Shown: positions 37,356 to 46,023 of the stretch, in pieces | Numbering within the stretch: position 1 is the first letter of the stretch | Layout of the letters: each line of letters opens with the position of its first letter | Virus record (IMG/VR): IMGVR_UViG_3300017991_000020 | Coordinates: 1-50,294 of that record | Direction: 5' to 3' (one strand) | Length of the DNA stretch: 50,294 nucleotides | Origin: a virus | Taxonomy: Duplodnaviria; Caudoviricetes | Translations under genes and position numbers: made by a program | Notes under the pieces: generated by a model | Databases searched by the model: none | What the model saw: only the letters and a program-made list of their open reading frames with translations | What the model was told of the DNA's origin: nothing

Positions 37356-39572
37356 TTAAAGAATCTTGCCTTTTGCCTGTTCAGGTGGAAGCATCAAAAT
37401 ATCACACCTACAGTTGATAGTTTCTTCTGGCGCACCACTTGGATCCCTTGGGAACTTAAGCCCGTTAGAAAATTTCTCTTCCATATCTAATGGACCCATC
37501 TCTTCGTTATCAACGTGAGTGTCTCTTACTCTCTCGTCATTGGCGGTGATCCACTGCTTCTTGACGTCTGGTAAGATCTCCTTCACGTTCCTCATTGCTG
37601 CTGCTTTGCCCACACTAACAGCAGTAAGTGTCTCAGTTCTGGCAATAGTTCTTGCCCTTCTTAATGCCTCATCCTCATCAACACTTACAAGTTTTTCTGC
37701 AATCATTGGGGTTATCTTATCTATTGTCAACCCTTTGGCTATTCCCTTTTCTATGATTTTCATGACCTTCTCGGTTGTCGTTTTAGAAACATTCTCAAAG
37801 GTGTCAATAGATCTCATTTGAAGTATACCACGTCTCTTCTCGTTGTCTCTCTCTCTAATTGCTTCCAAAGCTTCATGATCTACTTCATTGAATACTGGCT
37901 TTAGTTGGATGTCATAGAACTGATCAACCGTGTTCATAAGAAGGTTAACCTGGAAGTCTATCCACTCGTTGGTCATATCTGAATGAGCCTTGATAAGAGC
38001 AGATCTAATTCTCTGCATCGCCTTCTTGTCACGAGGCTTTGCTGCCTTCTCAACTGGGTCTTCCTCTGTCTCGTCTTCCAGTTCCTTAGAAACAACTTCC
38101 ATTGTCTTCTCTGCAATGTCAGCAAACATGGCAAGGATCTTATCAACAAACTTCAACTCAAGACCCTCAACGTGATCCTGAGCTTCCTTCATGGAGTATT
38201 CAATCCACCCAATATATTGAGACTTAATGTCCTTACTTGTGTTGTTCTCAACCATCTTTGTTTCTTCTTCTTCTGGCTCTTCCTCTTCTTCCACGTTTGG
38301 TGGTGGAACCTGAGTGGTTGCGGAGACTGAAGCAGTAACACCTGGAGTCTTGTCTCCACCATCAACTGGCTCCATGTCATAGACCTTGGCTCTAACTTCA
38401 TTGAGTGTATGAGTAGACAAAAGCTTGTCCGCCAATTCAGCTTGCTTGAACTCGTCTTCCTTAAGAATGCTCACACCATGTATGTCAAACTTAAAGACGT
38501 GATCCTCACCAAGCTCCTTTGCAAAGAAGGTTGTGTAACTCTCCTCAATAGCTGACATGGTCGGTATAAGCGTTGTAGACCAGAAATTTTTGAGAGCAAC
38601 CTTATGCTCCTCAGACCCAAGAGAGCCAGATTCTGCAAGAGAGAGCTCGTGCTTAGGAACCTTGAGAAGGTTGATGATGTCTTCCCTGTTGAGCCCGATA
38701 AGTTCGATGAGGCTCTGATCAGCAATCTTTTGCTCAACCGACTCACCCTTAACACCCTTAGGAATAACAATGGTTCTTCTCTGGTTTCTTCTTCCAGTGT
38801 ACGCCTTTTCAAATGACCTGAGCAGTCTCAGCATAACGTCTTCATTGGCGTGTTTCTCCATAGTGAGAGAGAACCCAGGAAGAGCGTTCTTGAGATAGAA
38901 GTTGTTGAGATAGTCAGATGTATACCTGTTGAACAATACGCCTTTGCGTCCAGGCACAAACGGACTGAGACCCCAATAGACAGAGTTTGGGTTAGGCTTC
39001 CTAACATGTATGATCTCTTCTGCTGGGAACTCCATTGATGAGACCACAGGAGCGTCCATACCAGAATACCCTGACCTTATAATAAATTGGTATTTGTCTA
39101 ATTCAGACTTGTTGTTGAACTTAAGAAGGACTTGTTCTGTAGGCAGAATCATTAATTGCCCAGATCCTTTAGAAGCCCAGACCATGTCATTGCCCATTAG
39201 GATGTACTCGACTATTTGGTTATACATCCAGGTATAATAGCTCTGATATTGGTTTGGGGTTCTCATGAGATCATTGAGTGGATGATCATCTGCAGGAGTA
39301 AAGATTTCTTTACCGTCTTCAACCGTCCTCTGGACAACCTTCATTTGTTGGTTGGCAATCTTTGTCGCAATAACGTCAACAACGATAAAGACCCAGTTCT
39401 CACTGAAGAACAAACTCTTCAAAGTGACTGAGTCCATAAAGGCTTTTACTTCTGAGTCCCACCCACTAGAACTGTCCCCACTTAAATCTCTTATCGGATC
39501 GAAGGACTTCCCAACAACTTCCCCTATTCTCTCAGCAACCCTTATCTGTTTATCGATGTCATTTTTCATCAT
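37356..39572 (-). CDS. Portal protein fused to a Mu gpF / SPP1 gp7-like minor head domain
   Basis: HK97-type portal motifs (PNQYQS, EEIIHVR, YWGLSP, LKVPKHEL, TLNEVR) plus C-terminal RARTIARTET, KKQWIT..DERVRDTH, INCRC. Confidence 0.9.
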   Translation of the reverse strand: MMKNDIDKQIRVAERIGEVVGKSFDPIRDLSGDSSSGWDSEVKAFMDSVTLKSLFFSENWVFIVVDVIATKIANQQMKVVQRTVEDGKEIFTPADDHPLNDLMRTPNQYQSYYTWMYNQIVEYILMGNDMVWASKGSGQLMILPTEQVLLKFNNKSELDKYQFIIRSGYSGMDAPVVSSMEFPAEEIIHVRKPNPNSVYWGLSPFVPGRKGVLFNRYTSDYLNNFYLKNALPGFSLTMEKHANEDVMLRLLRSFEKAYTGRRNQRRTIVIPKGVKGESVEQKIADQSLIELIGLNREDIINLLKVPKHELSLAESGSLGSEEHKVALKNFWSTTLIPTMSAIEESYTTFFAKELGEDHVFKFDIHGVSILKEDEFKQAELADKLLSTHTLNEVRAKVYDMEPVDGGDKTPGVTASVSATTQVPPPNVEEEEEPEEEETKMVENNTSKDIKSQYIGWIEYSMKEAQDHVEGLELKFVDKILAMFADIAEKTMEVVSKELEDETEEDPVEKAAKPRDKKAMQRIRSALIKAHSDMTNEWIDFQVNLLMNTVDQFYDIQLKPVFNEVDHEALEAIRERDNEKRRGILQMRSIDTFENVSKTTTEKVMKIIEKGIAKGLTIDKITPMIAEKLVSVDEDEALRRARTIARTETLTAVSVGKAAAMRNVKEILPDVKKQWITANDERVRDTHVDNEEMGPLDMEEKFSNGLKFPRDPSGAPEETINCRCDILMLPPEQAKGKIL

Positions 39573-39584
39573 GTTAACAACCTT

Positions 39585-40985
39585 TTAGAAAAGTTTTATT
39601 TCGTTATCGAAATCATCATCGTCGTCTTCAATAAGTTTGTTGAAGTAACTACTAAAGTCCACAATGTCAGATTCTTTTTTTGAAGTGTTCTCCTTCTCTT
39701 CTATCACTTTAACACTTAAACTTGAACTTGAATACTCTTCAGCAGCAGCGTTAGCTAACATGAGAGAGCTCACACAGTCATCATGCAATCCTTCAGGAGC
39801 ACCATAGCTCATGTTCCCAATAGCAGAGAACTTTACTTCATAAGCGTCAAGCTCACCAAGCATGGTCCCCCAGTTTGGAGTCCTAATATTGCCCTGTTCA
39901 TAGGTCATGATAAGTAGGTTAACCATCTCCGCTTTTGTTGCATTTGTAAAAGTGATCCCCTCGAATGATAGATAGGTCTCTGCCAGCATGTCATCGAGAG
40001 CCTCACCAACTCCAGTCTTGTCATGGTATACAACCTCGACTTGCTTGAACTTCCTGCAGAATCTTATCAGTTCTCCAACTTGTGTTGTGTACGGTTGCTG
40101 GTGGAACCTAAGGAACCCAACAATTTTTCTTGGTGTCTCTGTATAGTCAATGGCAACAAATACCGTGTAGTCTCTTTTCTTTGCCCAGTCCACACCAATG
40201 ACAACAGCCTTCTCCTCTGGGTTCTCATCAAACCAAAATTCTCTATGACCAGTGAACTCTAAGAGCTCACCATAGACTGTGTTCTTAACACCAACGAAGA
40301 CGCTTGCATCATCCAAAAACTCAGCAAGATAGAACTGCCTATAGAGGCGCTCAGGCATTCTCTCCTTAGCTTCCTTGATTCTCTCTTTTGAGATGTAGGG
40401 GTTTGCAGATGTTGGTGCGGTTATGAAAAGTTTCTTTGGAACCTTGCCTCTCTTAAGAGCCCACTCCATTTCTTCTTTTGCTTCCATGCACTTCTTATAG
40501 AAGAAGCCCTTGCCAAGAGGAGTGGAGATAACAACAAACCCACCGAGCGTTCTTGTGGTTGTTGTGAAGGCAGACTCGTAGACCTCACCCTTCATTTTTG
40601 CAAACTCATCCAGGACATACCCATCTATTGCAGCACCCTCAAGAGAGGTTGGCTTTTGCCCATGCCAGAATTCAAAGACCGTTCCTTTGGCTGTAGTAAT
40701 TCTAGGTCCAGCCAAGTTGACATCAACATAGGGCTTCTTAGGAAGGACTGACTGCATCTCTGTGAAGCCTAATTTTGCCTGCTCATAGATAGGACCTACC
40801 CATCTCCACTTAGATCCAGGTCTAAGCAATCCTGCAGTAGCAAGTGCAGTTGACGCTCCAAGAGTCTTGCCGAATTTAGTTCCACATGGCATCCACAATT
40901 CTTGACTCTCACCTTTGATAAAAAACTCCATAAGAGTATTCTGCTCAACACTGTGAGGCTTTGGCGGCTCAATTGTTACGTACAC
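39585..40985 (-). CDS. terL: Terminase large subunit
   Basis: Walker A CGTKFGKT, Walker B YVLDE, ISTP motif III, nuclease GVDWA..RDYT and HDDCV. Confidence 0.93.
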   Translation of the reverse strand: MYVTIEPPKPHSVEQNTLMEFFIKGESQELWMPCGTKFGKTLGASTALATAGLLRPGSKWRWVGPIYEQAKLGFTEMQSVLPKKPYVDVNLAGPRITTAKGTVFEFWHGQKPTSLEGAAIDGYVLDEFAKMKGEVYESAFTTTTRTLGGFVVISTPLGKGFFYKKCMEAKEEMEWALKRGKVPKKLFITAPTSANPYISKERIKEAKERMPERLYRQFYLAEFLDDASVFVGVKNTVYGELLEFTGHREFWFDENPEEKAVVIGVDWAKKRDYTVFVAIDYTETPRKIVGFLRFHQQPYTTQVGELIRFCRKFKQVEVVYHDKTGVGEALDDMLAETYLSFEGITFTNATKAEMVNLLIMTYEQGNIRTPNWGTMLGELDAYEVKFSAIGNMSYGAPEGLHDDCVSSLMLANAAAEEYSSSSLSVKVIEEKENTSKKESDIVDFSSYFNKLIEDDDDDFDNEIKLF

Positions 40986-40987
40986 AG

Positions 40988-41545
40988 TTAACCTTCTATT
41001 AGCTTAGGTTTGTTTGGGTCTTCTGCTTCAACTTCAATGACTTCCTGTAGGACTGTTCCACTTGCTCCTACCTTGGCTCTAAATATGACTTCCTGCTTTT
41101 CATTGATGTCGAGTGTACCCTTATTAAGGATGGGTGCCATAACTGTTTTAATGAGGTCAACCTTGATCTTTAATAGATCTCTGTCCATGCCTTGAGCATC
41201 GAGAATCTTTATAGCCTCTCTCATCGCCTTTTCTTGAGCCTTCTTTACAAGGTTCTTTGTAGACATGAAGAGGTTGTCAAGATGCCTTTTGAATACAGGA
41301 CGGGTCATTCTTTTGTGGACTTGCTGTCTTGTCATTCCAACAGCTTCTGCTATTTGTGGGGTTCTTGCTGAGGGGAAGCGTGCGATGTGTTCGAGTATTC
41401 TTCTATCAACAGCATCTGCAATATACTTGGAATACTCTAGGTCTTTGTCTGCTATTTGTTCGTTGTTAACATGAGGAAGCTCTTTGATCATCTCGGCATG
41501 TTGCTCTCCTCGTGTCAGTTTTTTCTTTTTTATTTTGCGACTCAT
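40988..41545 (-). CDS. terS: Putative terminase small subunit (HTH)
   Basis: 'TPQIAEAVGMTRQQVHKRM' HTH; directly upstream of terL; likely start ATG 41545. Confidence 0.65.
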   Translation of the reverse strand: MSRKIKKKKLTRGEQHAEMIKELPHVNNEQIADKDLEYSKYIADAVDRRILEHIARFPSARTPQIAEAVGMTRQQVHKRMTRPVFKRHLDNLFMSTKNLVKKAQEKAMREAIKILDAQGMDRDLLKIKVDLIKTVMAPILNKGTLDINEKQEVIFRAKVGASGTVLQEVIEVEAEDPNKPKLIEG

Positions 41546-41729
41546 CAAGCCTCTCTCTCTTCGAACCAACAATCTTAAGCGCCTTCTCTGTTGATTGTCT
41601 GATTTTTAGGCAGTTTTTACAAGTGGCTTCTGTCTTGCCTTCTGTGAAGAGTCTGCTTGATGACCCACAGATTGCAATCTCATTCCATGATCTGTGTGAC
41701 TTATAGTGTGTCTTTATTGCTTTGGTCAT
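41466..41729 (-). CDS. Small Cys/His protein
   Basis: H...C...TCKNC zinc-finger-like pattern. Confidence 0.55.
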   Translation of the reverse strand: MTKAIKTHYKSHRSWNEIAICGSSSRLFTEGKTEATCKNCLKIRQSTEKALKIVGSKRERLDESQNKKEKTDTRRATCRDDQRASSC

Positions 41730-42040
41730 GTGTCAACCTTGTGAAGCGTATGAACGTTACTGTCTTTTTCTTCTTCATTGCCATACATTGACTTCATGAT
41801 GTCTTCATAAGAAATCAAACGAACAGCTTCGCCTTGGACATCATGAAGCTTGCTGTATAATAGCCTTAGCGCATAGCTAAACCCCCTATTAAAACCACCA
41901 GCATGAATAACTTTAAAGGTCTCGAAACACGCTGCTTTGTCTCTACCAATACAAATAGTCATTGTATCATATGCTGTACTAAACACCCTGTTTAATGCTT
42001 CTTCTTCCGATTGCCTATTCATTCCCTGTCTCCACATCAC
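41726..42040 (-). CDS. Hypothetical protein
   Basis: Operon packing. Confidence 0.5.
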   Translation of the reverse strand: MMWRQGMNRQSEEEALNRVFSTAYDTMTICIGRDKAACFETFKVIHAGGFNRGFSYALRLLYSKLHDVQGEAVRLISYEDIMKSMYGNEEEKDSNVHTLHKVDT

Positions 42041-42260
42041 TTAATAGTTTAATGTCTGGCTTTGGTTTACCTGGCTTCTTATCTGTGTCAAGCTCCATAA
42101 ACTTCTCTGCCTCTTCTCTAGTTACTTCCTTAGGGAACGCTGCATATCTTGTTCCATTTGCAGGCATACATTGAATGTTGATCCTGTCCTGAGGAGACAA
42201 GATAACCATGATGGGCTCATCGTTTGGGTTGTATATTTTGTTGCCTATCTTTACTAACAT
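42015..42260 (-). CDS. Hypothetical phage protein
   Basis: SD AGGAG; 'VKIGNKIY...PIMVILS' motif. Confidence 0.6.
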   Translation of the reverse strand: MLVKIGNKIYNPNDEPIMVILSPQDRINIQCMPANGTRYAAFPKEVTREEAEKFMELDTDKKPGKPKPDIKLLSDVETGNE

Positions 42261-42268
42261 CTTAGCTC

Positions 42269-42637
42269 CTATTGTTTGCTTGTCCCTTCAACACCACGTT
42301 TTTCTCTGTCTTCTTTTCTTGCTCTTAGATGTATCAGTGCTTCCTCTAAACATACTATTGCTCTGACGTTCTCTGTACACGGGAACTTGGAATTAAGATT
42401 GGCAAGAATGATTGATGCAGTTTTAATAATAGTATCAACCTGACACCCATTTACTCCTGTTTCTTTTATTGGTCCGCTCTGAAGTTTAAAAGAGATTGAG
42501 TTAATCTTATCGCAAATATGAATAGGATACTTAGGACGCAATGCATCATACTCATCCCACGTCATGCCTTCTGGCTTGCCTCTAGTTATGCCAAAGCCAT
42601 CTATTTGCTTTAATTCTTTTAATGTCTCTAAAGCCAT
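42269..42637 (-). CDS. tad1: Tad1-like (Acb2/Tad1 family) anti-defence signal-sponge protein
   Basis: 'FKLQSGPIKETGVNG...FPCTENVRAIVCLEEALIHLRARKEDREKRGVEGT' matches the remembered Tad1 C-terminal signature (FQ.GP.KE.G.NG...F...EN..A...LEEAL..L..R..DR..R.V.GT). Confidence 0.8.
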   Translation of the reverse strand: MALETLKELKQIDGFGITRGKPEGMTWDEYDALRPKYPIHICDKINSISFKLQSGPIKETGVNGCQVDTIIKTASIILANLNSKFPCTENVRAIVCLEEALIHLRARKEDREKRGVEGTSKQ

Positions 42638-42639
42638 TG

Positions 42640-43515
42640 TTATCTCCTCTCGAATATAAGTTCTTCAGTCACACAGCCTGCTGCTCCTTTGTGCCCACCA
42701 CCATTAAACTGCTTTGCCAGTGAGCCAGCATCTCTGTCTTCTCTTGTTGAGTAAAACGACCATGACCATTGCTTGTGTTTGTTCATACTAAAGCACACCA
42801 TGAAGTCATGTCTCTTTGGATCCCACTTTGTTTTAAATACCTGGCTGTTTCTCAACCCACCATTCAAGCATAAGCATGTGTAGTCTTTTATCTTTGCTTC
42901 AAACGAGCTCTTCATTCCAAAGGCATTTTGGTTGTCTTGGTATTTAAGAATTGTTCTTCCAGTCACTATTGTTCTTTGAACAAAAGATTGATCATCAAGG
43001 ACGTCTATAAATTTATCAAAATCAAACTCATCAAGCCTCATACCAAACTGGAATGGCATGACCTCTTTGTCCCAGTCATAGTCTCCATGGCATTGTTTTT
43101 CTTTTGTATCTCTCCATGAATCATACTGACCCAGAAGTCTTATAGGCAATGGAATGCTGCGGAGAGATAGGGCTTCCCATGTTAGTTCGCAGCCAGCAAC
43201 ATAAGTATCACAATGTATATTGTCTGGTATTCTCTCTTTAAGGGTCCTATAAGCCTCAGACTCAAGAAAAGTCTTGTGGTGATCAAACACATAGAGCTTC
43301 TCATCAACATGGTCACACAGCTTTACCATGTCACTATATGGCTGCAGAGCAAGATCAACAAAGTACACAGTATCATCGTGCTTGATGTCTTCCCAAGGGA
43401 ACTGCTCGTTGTAATTAAATGGCATGAGCACAACGTCAGGAACAAACTTCTTGACTATTGCTGCAGATGCTTGCCCGTCTAAATCAACCTTGTGATAGAA
43501 ACAATATGTAGTCAC
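42640..43515 (-). CDS. DHH/DHHA1-family phosphoesterase
   Basis: YH..DLDG, FVD, FDHH, YDSW and GGGHKGAAG motifs. Confidence 0.9.
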   Translation of the reverse strand: MTTYCFYHKVDLDGQASAAIVKKFVPDVVLMPFNYNEQFPWEDIKHDDTVYFVDLALQPYSDMVKLCDHVDEKLYVFDHHKTFLESEAYRTLKERIPDNIHCDTYVAGCELTWEALSLRSIPLPIRLLGQYDSWRDTKEKQCHGDYDWDKEVMPFQFGMRLDEFDFDKFIDVLDDQSFVQRTIVTGRTILKYQDNQNAFGMKSSFEAKIKDYTCLCLNGGLRNSQVFKTKWDPKRHDFMVCFSMNKHKQWSWSFYSTREDRDAGSLAKQFNGGGHKGAAGCVTEELIFERR

Positions 43516-43890
43516 TTACTTCTCCTTCTCTTTACATGCAGCACAAACACCTAATGTAACTTCTTTATCTGCTGACATACACCTGCACTGAGCCAAGACC
43601 ACGTCGCAATGCTTGCACTTCAGTATAAAGTGCTTACCAACAACGTCCTTACATTTCTCATCAGAAAATATATCCTTCGGTGTTTCTTTAAATATCTCTT
43701 CCGGCTCATAAAACAAAGGCTCTACATTCTTAATCCTTACAAAGCTCGCATTAAGAACACTCTCAACATAAACAGTAAGAGAATCAATCTCATCCTCATC
43801 ATGCAGGGTTGGGAATGTCAGTGTTTCTCTGTGCCCACGCCTGTCAACTAAAACAGTCCACATCCTTGCTGCTGGTTCTTGCACTGTCAC
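43516..43890 (-). CDS. Hypothetical protein with a C-terminal Zn-ribbon
   Basis: CKHC, CRC and CAAC motifs. Confidence 0.55.
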   Translation of the reverse strand: MTVQEPAARMWTVLVDRRGHRETLTFPTLHDEDEIDSLTVYVESVLNASFVRIKNVEPLFYEPEEIFKETPKDIFSDEKCKDVVGKHFILKCKHCDVVLAQCRCMSADKEVTLGVCAACKEKEK

Positions 43891-44132
43891 TTCTCCTCAT
43901 AAACAAAAGTATATCCGTCGTCTTCTCTCGTGCCTCTGAACTCAAACTCTCTATGGTGTATTACCATTTTGGTTCGATCATAGTCACCATCTGGAACTGC
44001 AGGAACCTTTGGTGTCATTGGAACCTTAAGCTCAGAACCATAGATTGTGTATGGTGTTTTATCAAACGGTCCAATAATTCTCTCTGCACCGCACCTTGTT
44101 CTTGTTTTTATGTTGAACTGCCTACCCATCAT
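43887..44132 (-). CDS. Hypothetical protein
   Basis: SD GGAG. Confidence 0.55.
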   Translation of the reverse strand: MMGRQFNIKTRTRCGAERIIGPFDKTPYTIYGSELKVPMTPKVPAVPDGDYDRTKMVIHHREFEFRGTREDDGYTFVYEEK

Positions 44133-44138
44133 TACTCC

Positions 44139-44209
44139 AAAAAAATAAAGGTCCCCGACCGCACACCTGTCTTAATCATCGCTGTTAAAAAAAGCAGCCA
44201 GGGACCTTT
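44139..44209 (-). terminator. Long RNA stem-loop / terminator-attenuator
   Basis: 16-bp stem AAAGGTCCCTGGCTGC / GCGGTCGGGGACCTTT with 3 G-U pairs, followed by ATTTTTTT. Confidence 0.6.
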
Positions 44210-44234
44210 TCTTAAACTTGTTATTCTTTATCAT

Positions 44235-44522
44235 TCAAATGCCCTTATCTCTATAGTCCCTTGTTCTATATATGACCCACCCACAAAGGTGACATTCAAT
44301 CTGGTCTCTCTTTACTTTGATCTCGCATACGCTTCCAACGGTTGGCACAACGAGTCTCTCTTTTCTATTCCATTTATTTGATGACTCACAATACACGTTG
44401 GAACAAAAAGCTTTGACAGGCTTCTTATCAACCCTTGAAGCCCATGACTCTCTAGTGATCAAGTCGCCGAGATAACTAAAATGACTCACTGTACGAGGGT
44501 ACACCGTGTAAGTGCATTCCAT
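44235..44522 (-). CDS. Small Zn-ribbon protein
   Basis: CSNVYC and CHLC motifs. Confidence 0.5.
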   Translation of the reverse strand: MECTYTVYPRTVSHFSYLGDLITRESWASRVDKKPVKAFCSNVYCESSNKWNRKERLVVPTVGSVCEIKVKRDQIECHLCGWVIYRTRDYRDKGI

Positions 44523-44611
44523 AACGACACCCCTATTATTTTTGTTGTTGCTCTCTATCTATAATAGGGGACTTTTAAACTTAATTCTCTTCAATATTTT
44601 TGTCGGCAACA

Positions 44612-44911
44612 TCACGCCTGTCTAGTCTTTGCCTTCTTGAGCATCCTTCCAAGAGAAGAATCATCAGAGGGTGCTGCTTCCTCGTGCATCTTTGCATTTT
44701 GATCCTGCTCAAATAGCTCCTCATCATGACACTCTTCAGCATCTATGACTTGCTCTAGTTGTAGATCCTTTGGTCCCATATGTTTCTCCTGCTCTTCCTC
44801 GAACGATCTATCAGAGACCCACTGCAAGATTCTCTTCTGAGTTGAGTATGGGAACGGTTGTAGGGTTCTCTTCATAGCAAGCATTGCTTTTATTTCATTG
44901 TCCATTGCCAT
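44612..44911 (-). CDS. Hypothetical protein
   Basis: SD AAGGA; 'QKRILQWV' helical motif with an acidic tail. Confidence 0.6.
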   Translation of the reverse strand: MAMDNEIKAMLAMKRTLQPFPYSTQKRILQWVSDRSFEEEQEKHMGPKDLQLEQVIDAEECHDEELFEQDQNAKMHEEAAPSDDSSLGRMLKKAKTRQA

Positions 44912-45020
44912 AACTTAATCCTTTTCGCTTTGTAAAAATTTGTTTGCCTTTTCTGTATAACTCATCTAAAACCTCTGTGTAACTCGATTAGGGATGGTTT
45001 CACACCATACAGCTCTGTTG

Positions 45021-45053
45021 GCGGACTGTTTTAATAGACAGTCCGTTTTACTT
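45021..45053 (+). terminator. Hairpin terminator (possibly bidirectional)
   Basis: gcggactgt-tttaatag-acagtccgt followed by tttacttt. Confidence 0.6.
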
Positions 45054-45167
45054 TATAAAGACCAATACAATCACACCGCCACTAATAACCCCTGTTAAGT
45101 ATATTAATAGCACTAATAAAAACGCTCTGGTAATAAACCTGTTGTAAGCTCTGATATAGTAACCCAT
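45048..45167 (-). CDS. 39-aa single-pass membrane peptide (not in the ORF track)
   Basis: MGYYIRAYNRFITRAFLLVLLIYLTGVISGGVIVLVFIK; upstream promoter TTGAGT-17-CATACT; weak SD. Confidence 0.5.
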   Translation of the reverse strand: MGYYIRAYNRFITRAFLLVLLIYLTGVISGGVIVLVFIK

Positions 45168-45204
45168 AGTTGGCTCTGTCTTTTATGCGTGTTTACCACT
45201 TCAC

Positions 45205-45236
45205 TTAAGTATGTTAAGTCTGCTCTATATACTCAA
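45205..45236. promoter_or_regulatory. Overlapping divergent sigma70-like promoters
   Basis: Minus strand TTGAGT-17-CATACT (45236-45208); plus strand TTAAGT-17-TATACT (45205-45233). Confidence 0.45.
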
Positions 45237-45248
45237 AGGATATCAATC

Positions 45249-45449
45249 ATGACTAGCACAATTATTCCTGACACAAAACGAAAAACTTTTCTATTGCGGA
45301 TAAAATTTAAGGACTATGCAAGGATAGTCGAAAAGGCGTATGAGTATGCAGATGGGAATGTTTCGGAGTGGTTTAGATATGCTGCTATGAATCACATTCC
45401 CTCAGAGGAAGATCTATATAGGAAGGTTGACAATGAATATATTTCTTAG
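45249..45449 (+). CDS. Ribbon-helix-helix DNA-binding protein
   Basis: 'KRKTFLLRI..KDYARIVEKA.....GNVSEWFRYAA' RHH pattern; SD AAGGA. Confidence 0.7.
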   Translation: MTSTIIPDTKRKTFLLRIKFKDYARIVEKAYEYADGNVSEWFRYAAMNHIPSEEDLYRKVDNEYIS

Positions 45450-46023
45450 AGATGCTTACTGGTCTGTCCAAGGCGAGGGTTATAACACGGGTCGTTGGGG
45501 TCTTTTCTTAAAGTTTCATGGTTGCAATTTGAAGTGTGAGTGGTGTGATACAGATCACAAGAGAGCAGAGTATAAGTATAATGCAGAGCAGTTGGTTGGT
45601 TTATTCAATGTTAACGATTCTAGGTATTCTTTTCTTACAGGTGGAGAGCCTAGTGTTAGTGTTCACGTTGGTGATGTTATTAATCTGCTTAGAATGAATG
45701 ACTTCATAGTGTGCCTTGAGAGCAATGGAGTAGAGAAGTGTCCTCAGGGTGTTGACTTCCTTACGGTGTCTCCTAAGAGAGATAACCGTTATAAGATACA
45801 TCCTTACAATTTAGTACATGCCAATGAGTTTAAGTATGTTGTTGATCAGAACTTTGAGTGGGAAGTATTGAGCAGGCATAAGGGCGCCAGTGGTCAGCTT
45901 CTTTATTTGAGTCCTGAGTATACTGATATGGAGAGCAACGTTATAGATATTTTATCGTTTATAGAGACGAGACCAGAGTGGCGATTGTCTTTACAAACAC
46001 AGAAGTGGATTGATGTGAGATGA
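45433..46023 (+). CDS. queE: QueE-like radical SAM enzyme (7-carboxy-7-deazaguanine synthase family)
   Basis: SVQGEG, CNLKCEWCDT (CxxxCxxC), LTGGEP, LESNG, TVSPK, WRLSLQTQKW. Confidence 0.88.
   Translation: MNIFLRDAYWSVQGEGYNTGRWGLFLKFHGCNLKCEWCDTDHKRAEYKYNAEQLVGLFNVNDSRYSFLTGGEPSVSVHVGDVINLLRMNDFIVCLESNGVEKCPQGVDFLTVSPKRDNRYKIHPYNLVHANEFKYVVDQNFEWEVLSRHKGASGQLLYLSPEYTDMESNVIDILSFIETRPEWRLSLQTQKWIDVR

Noticed and set aside
40865-40888. Non-canonical terminase Walker A (CGTKFGKT) as a sign of inactivity
   Set aside because: GKT, Walker B and nuclease acidic residues are intact; probably a lineage variant
13767-40985. Stop-codon reassignment
   Set aside because: Structural genes are long and intact in the standard code, and TAA, TAG and TGA are all used as stops
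43809-44381. 190-aa + strand ORF
   Set aside because: Antisense to three SD-supported or tightly packed minus-strand genes and spans a terminator hairpin
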